From the NCBI RefSeq assembly GCF_006345805.1, contig NC_043002.1:21948001-22012000 (forward strand): 64,000 bases of DNA. The letters are read 5' to 3'. Within the stretch, counting starts at the first letter, position 1; every line of letters starts with the position of its first letter. The translations under genes were made by a program, and so were the position numbers. A model generated the notes under the pieces. It had not been told where the DNA came from. It did no database searches and saw only the letters and a list, made by a program, of their open reading frames with translations. This document shows, piece by piece, positions 37,090-48,779 of this stretch. This DNA is from Octopus sinensis. Lineage: Eukaryota.

Positions 37090-37449
37090 TTGCCCTAAGT
37101 AAACAGCTATCATTTGAAACTTTCAAGTACTTTGTGCTGGTTAGCAAAGGATGGCAGCCAAAGCGGTTTAGTATTGGCATTTAATACCGTCCACCGTATA
37201 TACATATCCTAACATATGCACACACACGCATGCGCGCACACGCAGGCATTCTCATAAACCTACATATTTCTATACTTACTTATCTACCCATGAATATATA
37301 TGTATATATATATATATATATATACATATACATACGTAGGTATGTGCTTTACTGCATTACTAAGCCGATTAACTAACACGCTGACCCTGCAGTTATGTAC
37401 GTTAATTCAGTGGTGTGTATGCATATGTTTGAGCATACGTGTGTGCCAG

Positions 37450-37485
<36 letters not shown>

Positions 37486-38277
37486 CTGTTTCTCTCTCTG
37501 TCTCTCTCTGTCTCTCTGTCCATACAATATGGCAAGTATCCTAACAATAAGATTAAATATATTTGCCAAGGTCTCTAAGAAAAGTTTACTTTGTCTAATG
37601 AGCAACCTTGGAAAGCCACGCACCATGCTTGCTTCATACTATACACACATAGAGAATATAAGTGTGTATATGTACGTATGTATATACATATATGTAAACA
37701 CACACACACATACACACACACAGACAAACACACACACACACGCACACACACACACACACACTCAAACACACACACATATATGCCAGTAAATAAAGATTTG
37801 GTGGTACACGCAGGAAAAATGTAACTCAGTAGCCACGAAACTCTTGGCACCCGAGAAACTCTGAATACGTGTGCTTGTATGTATGCGTGCGTGCATACGT
37901 GTGTGTATGTGTGTGTGTGTGTGTGCCTATATATATATACTCACATGCATACACGCACACACACATATACATACTGTAACACGCACACACACATATACAT
38001 ACTGTAACACGCACACACACATATACATACGGCTCTTGTATGTATTGTGCGGGTGTATATATGCACATGCACACGAGAAGTAATTCGAACAGATATAATC
38101 CCTTAATCTTGAAGCATTAATACATATTTTCTCCTCTTCCACAAAATCTCTTCCACTGTAGTCACCGTTGCCTCCTCCTCCTCCATCTCCTCCTCTGAAG
38201 CTGCCTAGCAAGGCGCACGCACGCGCACACACAAATATATACTGATATACATACACACACGCATGCTTAGATATGTA

Positions 38278-38310
<33 letters not shown>

Positions 38311-38317
38311 AACACAT

Positions 38318-38352
<35 letters not shown>

Positions 38353-38465
38353 CATGATCACCATGACCGACCAGGCTATCAGATGTTGTACACATCGCTG
38401 GTCACAATGTGCTTCGCATTCTTTTAGCCTTCAAATGATGCCACCCCGCTGGCTAAGCGAGCAGG

Positions 38466-38508
<43 letters not shown>

Positions 38509-38524
38509 TTATGAAGTTGCATCA

Positions 38525-38990
38525 ATGGAACGATTGAGTTACTGGGACAGGTTGAAAGAGCTGCAACTCTATTCCCTGGAACGAAGGCGGGGGAGGTATG
38601 CAGTGATATATATATATATAGAAGATACTGGAAGGACTGGTACCAAACTTTGGAATAAAGAGCTATACCAGACCACGAACAGGGCGTCACTGTACTGTCC
38701 CCATTGTGCCGACTGCTTCATCTTGGGCAAGGATGATGTACTACAATAGCTTGTGTTTCAAGGGTCCACAGCTGTTTAACTGTCTGCCGAAGCATCTGAG
38801 GAGCCTTCATGGATTGGATGTAGACGTTTTCAAACGTGAACTCGACCTCTGGCTCACCGAGATCCCATTTGAGCCAATATCTAAGCAAGAAACTCAAAAG
38901 AGGGCAGTAGCATCGAACTCGATCCTTCACCAGAAGCCGCTCCGACAAAGGTGGAAAGTGGAAAGATGATTACAATGGCGGTGCCCCAGC
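38525..38990 (+). mobile_element. CR1-group LINE 3' end
   Basis: MERLSYWDRLKELQLYSLERRRGRY..., NSLCFKGPQLFNCLPKHLR...FKRELDLWL.EIP.EP...RAVASNSIL. Confidence 0.85.
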
Positions 38991-39415
38991 ATGGTGCAAG
39001 AACGCAAAGCATCAGACAGATGATAAAAAACAGGACAACAAAACAGACGATACGAAGAAAGCAAGGTCGGCTCATTCGCAGTTTTCTTTCCTCAATCGAG
39101 TTCCAGATTATCTTTGCAATTTCGGCTGGTTATACTCGAGATTGCTCCAATCTGGCCAGCTCCAAGGAAAAACTAAGCTAAGAACACTAGATTCCTTGGA
39201 AGAAAGCAGCGAATGTATACGAAAACAAGGTCGGGGAAAAACGGAGAAATGGTACACAAATACAAATGCAAATAACAGGACATTAACAACGGGTGTCTTT
39301 CGACTAAGGACGAATCAAATTAAGCTGGCGTGTGTGGAAGTAAAGCTTTACGGCAGGGACATAGGATTAGACAGGCACAGGGAGGAATATAGATGGTAGT
39401 CGAACCAAGAAAGGT
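38975..39415. mobile_element. Family E repeat, second copy
   Basis: Homologous to 6590-7060. Confidence 0.6.
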
Positions 39416-39583
39416 CAGGCTTGGCCTAATACCGGTCACGTGGGGAGAGAAGAAAGAGAGGTAGAGGCAGAGGGATAGTAAGGAAAGGCGAGAAAAATGA
39501 ATGGGACACAGTGAAGTGAAAGAGGAGGGAAAGTGAGCATGAAGAGAAGGTCAAGAAATGTGAGAGTGAGGGAACGAAAGTAC

Positions 39584-39644
<61 letters not shown>

Positions 39645-39649
39645 ATAGC

Positions 39650-39683
<34 letters not shown>

Positions 39684-39781
39684 ATATATATATATATAAC
39701 AATTGCAGCGTGGAAGGTGTTTATAAGCCTTTTAAGAAACACACAAAAAACCGTTAGATTCACTTCAACATTTTAATTTAA

Positions 39782-39832
39782 TTTGTCAAAATATTTTTGT
39801 CGCTTTGAGACCGCGACCTGTTCACTGACAAA
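39782..39832 (-). ncRNA. Hammerhead-like motif with G3:C8 core swap (G12 mutated in this copy)
   Basis: TTTGTCA GTGAACA G GTCGC GGTCTCAAA GCGAC AAAA ATAT TT TGACAAA: 7-bp stem I, 5-bp stem II, palindromic helix III. Confidence 0.45.
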
Positions 39833-40196
39833 ATTCCGGGCTGCATCTCCAGCACACGACCTCAGATCAGGTCACTTGCTATGCAAGTACATCTCCGTAA
39901 TATATATATACATTAATGAGAACGAACTGCGATATAAGTACTAAAAACTGGAGGGTATAGTGTAAATAAGATTTAAATTGCAGTTTTCTTATCATCAATA
40001 GTTTCCTGATAGTGGCGTTAGTTTAGTGACATTTTTTTTAGTGTTTGATAAGTCTCTCTATAAACAAAGATAAGCAATCTCTCACGGACCGAATGAATGT
40101 CAGTGGAATAACTCCATTATCAGGAAAGCTAAGGTTCCGGGGATGAGATGTTGACTGCAGTTTACATAATAAATAACTAAATAAATAAATAAACGA

Positions 40197-40237
<41 letters not shown>

Positions 40238-40677
40238 TAAAGCAAAACTAGTTATGGTGTGCATTTGTCGACAATGATCTAATGCACAGTTTTTTAATTT
40301 GTTCAAATTGTTAATTTGTTGAAGTGTCAAATCAAATTTTACATCCCATAGAAAAGTGTTTCACACGCTGAAGAAATGCTCTCTCTATATGAAATATCAG
40401 AATTTTTGTTTCCCATTCCACGACATATAAAGTTATTCAAATTCATCAACTTCATTGAATAATTCTCAGTATAGCTGCGCCTGTTCACAATTAGAATAAG
40501 TACATACAGGCGTGTCTGTGTGGTAAGAAGCTTTCTTCCCAACCATTTGGTTCCGGGTTCAGTCCCACTGCATGACACTTTGGGCAAGTGTCTTCTACTG
40601 TAGCTGTGGTCCGACCAAAGACTTGAGAGACGATTTCCTAGACGGAAACTAAAAGAAGCTCGTCATATATATTCGTC

Positions 40678-41165
40678 GCCTAACCAGGCTCATGGGCCCG
40701 GTTTCCCGGTTTCTGTGTCGTATGTGTTACTCCCAGCTGGACGGGACGCCACTTCACCGCAGCATTACTCAAGAAATAGGAAGAGAGAGTGAGAGAAATC
40801 TGTGGTGAAAGAGTACAACAGGGTTCACCCCCCCCCCTGCCGGAGCCTCGTAGAACTTCTAAGTGATTTTGCTCAATAAACACACACAACGCCCGGTCTG
40901 GAAATCGAAACCCATCACACACACACATATACATATATGACGAGCTGGCAGAAACGTTAGCACGCCGGGCGAAATGCTTAGCGGTACTTCGTCTCCCATT
41001 ACGTTCTGAGTTCAAATTCCTCCGAGGTCGACTTTGCCTTTCATCCTTTCGGGGTCGATAAATTAAGTACCAGTTACGCACTGGGGTCGATGTAATCGAC
41101 TTAATCCGTTTGTCTATCCTTGTTTGTCCTCTCTATGTTTAGCCCCTTGTGGGCAATAAAGAAAT
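40678..41165. mobile_element. SINE A-related fragment (minus, 40678-40912) next to SINE C (plus, 40941-41165)
   Basis: Homology to the families above; another A-related fragment at 28491-28645. Confidence 0.8.
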
Positions 41166-41725
41166 AATATATATATATACATGTGTGCGCGCGCGTCTTT
41201 ATGGCTCTGTGTTTGTCTCCCACCAGCGTTTCACAACAAGTGTTGGTGTGTTTATGCCCCTGTAACCTAGCAGTTCGACAGAAGACACCGATAGAATAAG
41301 TACCATGATTAAAAAATATAAATAAACGGGTCGATTCATTCGACTAAGAATTAGCCAGGACGGTGCTCCAGCATAACCGGTGTCTAATGATTCAAGCAAA
41401 GAAGAAAGATAAACAAATGGAAGACATAAATAAACGAAGAATATAAAGTCGCTCGACCTTCTAGAAATACCAGCAGAGTTTCCTTCAAATTACAAACAAA
41501 AAAGAGCAGGGAAATTTTTAAATATAGTCTTAGAGGCACAGTGTTTGAAATATAAGGCCGCTTGGTTACGCCTGGGACGTATCTATTCTGATCATTCTCC
41601 TGTTCAATCAAGATTCATTACTGCTTAATAAAGCAATGGTGTTATGAACAGCTATAAAATTTCCTACGTGCTTTGAGGACACTTTCTACTGTAGATCCAA
41701 ACGTACGTGTGTGCGTGCGTGCGTG

Positions 41726-41758
<33 letters not shown>

Positions 41759-41965
41759 CAATATATATATACATTTACATATAGAGGTATTTGCTTTTCT
41801 CTTGGCGAACATTGGTGTCGTGGAGACGAGACACTTCCTTACATGGACAAGGGCAACTTTTCCAAGAAAATCTTTCGTAGGTCTGCGCTTTTAGAGGGGA
41901 AGTTTTAGTGAAAATATATTTCCTACTGTCTTTAACTGACGATAACGTAATCACACACACACACC

Positions 41966-42002
<37 letters not shown>

Positions 42003-42038
42003 GGGGAGAGTCATAGAGGATAGGAGATAGATAGATAA

Positions 42039-42111
<73 letters not shown>

Positions 42112-42700
42112 CATACATACTGCATCACCCATGTGGCGAAGCTTTACGTTTTTGCAAATCTTGAAATGTGGAATTCCGTAGCGCGAAAGATATTTTCCCA
42201 TCGATTTCCATATCGTAAATTAACAAGCGTCCCGACGGATATTTTCGAGAAAAAAACAACAACAAAAAAAGAACAAAAAACAAAAATAACAAACAAAAAC
42301 AAAAAAAATCGACAACTTTTATGCATGAAATCAATTTTTAAATATACGTAGTATGTCTGGAATATGCATTTGAAGACAACTCAGTTGGGAATAAATAAGG
42401 ATACAATAATATTCACCACACAAATGTCGACTGGTGTGTGACCGGGGGTGATGCAAATTGAGTAATTGGGAAGAAGAAAGGCACTATCTTCTGCCCTTTA
42501 GGTCATTATCATTAACATCTGCTACAGCAGTGAAGAACTTAATCAAAGATGTTTGAATTGAAGAGTACTACTATTTCTTATACAGTTCGCTGTAAAAACT
42601 GAGGTCATTCTGAACTCTTGTAAGTTTTTTTTATTCACTTTATGAAATGATTCTGAACAAAAATTTCCAGACCTTTGCCTATATTCTTTGCACTCAAGTC

Positions 42701-43125
42701 GGCGAGCTGGCAGAAACATTAGCACGCCGGGCGAAATGCTTAGCAATATTTCGTCTGCCGCTACGAGCTGAGTTGAAATTCCGCCGAGGTCGACTTTGCC
42801 TTTCATCCTTTCGGGGTCGATTAAATAAGTACCAGTTACGCACTGGGGTCGATATAATCGACTTAATCCATTTGTCTGTCCTTGTTTGTCCTCTCTATGT
42901 TAAGCCCCTTGTGGGCAATAAAGAAATAAGAAACGTTAGCATGCCGGGCGAAATTCTTAACAGTATTTCGTCTATCTTTACGTTCTGAGTTCAAATTCCG
43001 CCGAGGTGGACTTTGCCTTTCATCCTTTCGGGGTCGATTAAATAAGTACCAGTTGCGTACTGGGGTCGATCTAATCGACTGCGCTCCCCATCTCGTGCCT
43101 TGTGCTTAGAGTAGAAAACTATTTT
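42701..43125 (+). mobile_element. SINE C dimer (Tx1-type tail unit, then ATT-type tail unit)
   Basis: Junction ...AATAAAGAAATAAGAAA|CGTTAGCA uses AGAAA microhomology with the head. Confidence 0.85.
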
Positions 43126-43139
43126 CTATGCACTCAAAT

Positions 43140-44640
43140 AATTATAATGTATGGAACTTTTGTAGCCAATTCTTGTTCTGTTGCCGGTTCCTGTTGTTCT
43201 GAAATCATGAAATCCTTATTAGAGGATTTGAGGATTGTAGCACTCGGTTACATCATTTAAGACTTCTTCAGACGCTCCATTAATTGCCAGTGCCACAATG
43301 CCTTTAATGTAACCTTTTTGCAGAGTGAAAGCCTGTAAAATCACGAATACAGGCTAACCATATATTTTTCCAAACACTAATAATAACTGAGGGTTTCATT
43401 TTACCCCATAACTAAGGGTTTCACTTTGTCTAAGCGATGTTGTTCACAGCAACCCTAATGTTGAACCTTTTCAAGAAGTCTCCAATTGTAGGTCTGTTCC
43501 CACCAACTGCTTTTATCAGTTGTTTTAAAGTTTTCAGATAACATGCAATGGAATAATCTATCGCATCTTGATCTGTTGGTTGAAGCCATGAGGTTGTGTT
43601 CTTGGGGATATACTCAGCTCTCTCTTAACAGAAACACCATATAAATTCAATGGATGTCCATTGTCCATTGTCTAATCTGAGTAGTAGTTTGTTGGGTATA
43701 TTACACCTATCATTGTATCTTTCTGCTTCAGAACCAAAAGTGATTTTAAACAAGTTTACGAAAAGGATCGTAGTCATACAACACTTACTTTTTAAACATC
43801 AGTTTACATGTATATTAAACATAGTGTAGCCCTTAAGATCCCTTGAAGTTTCGAAGTGATATGCACTGAAGATAATTCCATGTCATTAGCAATTCCACAT
43901 TACAAGATTTGCAAGAACGTAAAGCTTCGCAACATGTGTGATGCAGTATGTCTCTCTCTCTCTCTCTCTCTCTATTTATCTATCTATCTCCTATCTCTCT
44001 CTGACTCTCCCCTCTCTTTCTCTCTCTCTCCCCATATATATATGGTGTGTGTGTTTGTGTGTGTGATTACGTTATCGTCAGTATAGACAGTTGAATATAT
44101 TCACATTAAAAGTTCCCCTCAAAAAGCGCAGACCTATGAAAGATTTTCTTGGAAAAGTTACTCTTGTGCACGCAAGGAAGTCTCTCGTCTCCACGACACC
44201 GATGTTTGCCAAGAGAAAAGCAATATTTCTTCCCACCAGAAGCGTTAGGCGATTTTTGGAATCTTTAATTACAGATGCTGATTCTTTTTGTCATTAGAAA
44301 TAAAAGAACTAGCAGCCATGCACTTTTATTATATCTGGTAAATAGCCTCATTTATCAATAATTTTCTTCAGCTCCTCGATATAAGTAATTAGCTGCAGCC
44401 TCAGTATCAACATCGGTTTCGCTGGTAATTTTAATGTTTTGTAAATCAAAGAGCTCCTTAAAAATCTCAAACCAGCTTTTACTAACCAAAACAGATTTTG
44501 CGTAAGAAGTTGCATCTTCCTTTCATCTTCAAAACGTCATAAAAACTTTTAACTTTCGTTTGAATAACTACTGTGTTTATCAGTGTATTACGCCTAGTCT
44601 CATCGTCAAGCCACACACGCAGTAGCCGTTTCAAATTAAG
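43140..44640 (-). mobile_element. Tigger/pogo transposase remnant, interrupted at 43891-44225
   Basis: LKRLLRVWLDD..., QNIKITSE...D.EAA, KDSKNRLTLLVG, and after the insert PKNTTSWLQPTDQ...F.KRFNI..AVNNI, CIRDFTGF. Confidence 0.8.
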
Positions 44641-45129
44641 CATCACATTAGATCTAGGGAAAATAACAAAAGTAAAACAATGCTTAGATAGATAACGAAG
44701 TAGCTATCTGAGCACATGATTTATTTTGCCTTTATTATCACATATTGTTCTTACAATAGAAGCTATAGGCTCTATTGTAAGAAGCTGTAGGCTCTATTAT
44801 CAATATAACTAAGGTCCCCTCACACTACATCCGCCGCTCCAAATCTTTGTAAAACATCAATTTTCATACTCCCCGTAATGCCTTTATGACTCCTTTTCAT
44901 ATTTCTGCCTTCATTTCTACTTGACAATGTCTTTCTAGTCATTTTGTATAAGGGTAATGAGCTATACTATAATATAGTACAATATAGCGACGCCTATAGC
45001 GACGCCTATAAGAAGTTTAACACCAAGCAGCAATACAATGGAGTCTTAGGAAATTAATGGTGTTCTGTGTCGGTAAGGTAAAAATTAATGGTCTTATTAC
45101 TCCAGATACAAGAATGGATGTGAAAAATG

Positions 45130-45660
45130 TGCGGGTCGGTGGAGTGATGTCAAACGACACAAAACTAAACCATTGCAACAATACAGCAAACGAGCCAACT
45201 TAGCAACACACCAACCGTACCAACGCATCGACACACTAACCCGTACTAGCCCCAGACTATGCTCAGACCTACCCAACACCAGATCACACAAACCACGCCA
45301 GCACTCACCAACGTGTCCAACCTACACAAAAAAAAAAAAAAAACTGCAGCCAACCCACGCTAACCCGGAAAAAAAACCCCACCACAAACCAATTATATCA
45401 ACAACAAACTGCCAGATAATCAAGCATGAAATCAAATCAAATCAAAATACCAATAAACAAATAAATCAAACAACAACAACAACAACAACAACAACAGCGA
45501 TGACGACGACGACGACGATGACGACGACCAGAGCAGGAACATTAAAGAAGCAGCAGAAGTTGTTATTGTTAATATCGATCGACTACTCTCTATGAAATGG
45601 TCGTTTCTACCAACAAATTGCTGGCTTTGCTATTTTTAAATATATATTTCAACATTCTTA
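45130..45660 (+). mobile_element. 3' C/A-rich portion of the ORF1-like element family
   Basis: Clear homology to the minus strand of 48830-49150 (AACTGCCA.AT.ATCAA.CAT.AAATCAAATCAAATCAAA; GTTGTTATTG.TAATATCGATC; AACAAATTGCTG). Confidence 0.7.
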
Positions 45661-45820
45661 TGTCTGTTGCCAAAATGGTTTTCTTAAGCGGATATTATGT
45701 TGTATGTGTGCCTATGTGCGTGTATGTATGTATGTATGTATGTATGTATGTATGTATGTGCATATATATATATATATATATGTTCATACATATATATACA
45801 TATGTGTTTGCACATATATA

Positions 45821-45879
<59 letters not shown>

Positions 45880-46409
45880 GCACACACAAATATATGTGTG
45901 TGCATGTACATACATATATATTATAATATGCGGGTGTGTGTATGTGTGCATGTCAATGTAACGGTTTGTAGGTATGTAACTATATGTGCATATTTATGCA
46001 TAATCGTATATGTGTGTGGCTGTTTAAGTATTTAGATGGAATTTTGATACATAAATGGTAGTTGTCGTCTCTCTGTCGATGATGTTCATATTCTGTTTTC
46101 CTTTCCTCCTTTCTTTAAAAGACTAGAATCTTTCTGTCATGGTCTCTCAGGATGATGAAATATGACAAGAGCAAGACCTCTCGCCTTCGATTCAACGACA
46201 GCTCTTCAAAATAATCCGGAGCCGTGCGAGTGACAGCAAAATCACTGCCGAGAATAACGTGGAAGTATGATAATTCTCTCAGTGAGGCAAAGAAAGGTTC
46301 GCTGCCCGTCTGTGATGCCAAGGCATTAGAATTTTGAATTGCACTGGGAAATATGTGGGGCAATAAATTTCGGCTCATCGAATTTGATAGAGAGAAACAC
46401 TCGTGCGAT

Positions 46410-46860
46410 ATGAGTGCCACTCGCTATACGCTTCTGTGACATGAGTATCACTCACTAAACGCTTGTGCAACATGAGTGCCATTCCTAAACGCATGCATGA
46501 CACGAATACCACTTGCTAAACGCTTGCGTGACATGAGGTGCCCTTCGTTAAATGCTTGTGTGTTATGAGCACCACTGGCTAAACGCTTGCATGACACGAG
46601 TCCCACTTGCTAAACGCTTATGTGACATGTGTGCCATTCCTAAACGCTTGCATGACACGAGTACCACTCACTAAACGCTTGTGACATGAGGTACCCCTCT
46701 TTAAATGCTTGTGATGTGAGCACTACTCGTTAAACGCTTCTGTGACAGGAGTACTACTCATGAGCAGAACTTCTGTAACATGAGCACTCGTTAAACGTTT
46801 GTATAATATGAGTGAGTGATACTTGCTAAACGCTTGTCTGACATGAGTGCCACTCGCTAC
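46410..46860. repeat. Minisatellite, ~31-bp unit (GACATGAGTGCCACTCGCTAAACGCTTGTGT), about 14 diverged copies
   Basis: Recurring CTAAACGCTT and GACATGAG anchors. Confidence 0.9.
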
Positions 46861-47137
46861 ATCCTCAAAATTTCTAGAACTGTTAGATTAGCGACAAGCA
46901 TAGCTAAAGACTACAAGCATCACATGATTACTTATACATGTAAATACTAACGTAAGTACATATAGTGGATTCTCTTGTCACTGTCCACGTATGAGGGTCC
47001 AACAGCCAAGTTGTTAGACTCCCCAATGTTGATTTGTATTCAGAGGTAAAAGCTTGTGTAGGATCAATCATGCTTTTTGGAAATGCTGATAGTAGAAAGT
47101 TGGCGCATATATATATACATACATGCGTATGTATGTG

Positions 47138-47169
<32 letters not shown>

Positions 47170-47473
47170 ATATATATATACCGAACAAATAATTCACGAG
47201 AAAATATTTGCGAAAATATCATTGACTCTGTTATTATCTAGTGTAACAATTTAAAAATGATAATAACAGAATCAATAATATAGGCGATTGCAGCCCCCTA
47301 ACAAGCATTAAATAGCTGAAGGATTAAAATTAGTTAAAAGACATACGAAATATGTCTACCTGCTGGAAAAAACAGTCAAAACTCTTATCTAAATAAGAGT
47401 TTTGGCTGTTATTTCCCGCAAGGTAGACATACTTAGTATGTCCTTTGATTAATTTTAAACGCACACACACACA

Positions 47474-47512
<39 letters not shown>

Positions 47513-47514
47513 CA

Positions 47515-47820
47515 GTGAAGGAACATGACTTAGTGGTTAAGGTGTTGCAGTCACGATTATAAGATCGTGGGTTCGATTCCCGGACCGGGCGTTTGCGTTG
47601 GGTTATTGAGTAAAGCACTTTATTTCACGTTGCTCTGCGATCATTTCGACGTTTGACATGTGTCACCCGTTGCACCTGTGCAGGTAATGTCGAACTGATG
47701 GAGGAAGCATTCTTATGTCTGCACAAACATTTGATCACTACAAACAAATCATGTGTGGTTGGTTGTTCGGTAAGAAATTGTCGAATCCTCGTACATCGTC
47801 TAAGGACGGTTCAGCCTGTC
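47515..47820 (+). mobile_element. Further tRNA-derived SINE family
   Basis: A box TGACTTAGTGG, B box GGTTCGATTCC, non-tRNA body. Confidence 0.7.
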
Positions 47821-48779
47821 GTATATACATACATACACACCTATAAATGCGTTCATGCATACGCACATACGTAAATGCTTATATGTGTAGATACACAAGC
47901 ACACACACACATACATACATACATACATACATACATACATACATACATACATACATACATACATACATACATACATACGTACGTACGTACATACACTAAA
48001 GTACATATATTTTTATATACATGCTGTGAATAAATGTCGAGTGACAAAAATTTACTACATCGAACTCCTTCGGAAGGATGGAAGTCAGTGCTTTACTCCT
48101 TTTACATCACTTTCAGAACACTTTTACCAGAACAGAGCTTGTGTGTACCATTTGGGATACCGGACTGGATACCTGAAGTGACCACATCTTAGATATCAAA
48201 ACAAGGAAAATTTTGCCCCTTCACTATCATGTCAGCAGTAAAACTAAGAGTGCCTCTTTTAGACAGCAGAGAAATAAGGTTAATCCAAATGGCCGTTGAG
48301 GACAACCATGTATGATTCAGACAAACGCTGTTAAAATAGTAAAGCAAAAATGAATATTAAGACTGTCACCTTGCTACCATTATCACCCTTTCCATTATCC
48401 CTAACGTCCCCACCATCACTATTACAATCCTCATCACTGACTGTATGGTGTGGCTGCATGGTTGAGACGTTCGCTTCGCAATTACGTAGTCCCACTGCGC
48501 GGCACCTTGGGCAAATTTCTCCTATTGTAGCTTTTGGTCTATCAATGCTTTGTGAATGAATTCAGGGGAAGCTCATCGTATGTGTGTGTGCACCTTGGTG
48601 TTTGTCACTACCACTGCTTGATTTGTTTATGTTCTTGTGTCATAACAGTTCGGCAAAATAGATCGATAGAATAAGTGCCATAAGTGCCAGTCTTTAAGGT
48701 AAAAACAGTAGTGGGCTGATTTGTCTTTAGAATATAAAGCTTGTCCACCTTCAGATTTCGCCCGGTGCTATCCAGCAGT

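Noticed and set aside
46115-46420. 101-aa minus-strand ORF as a gene
   Set aside because: It starts inside the minisatellite, has a weak donor and no recognisable domain; it is mentioned only with the 46151-46264 finding.
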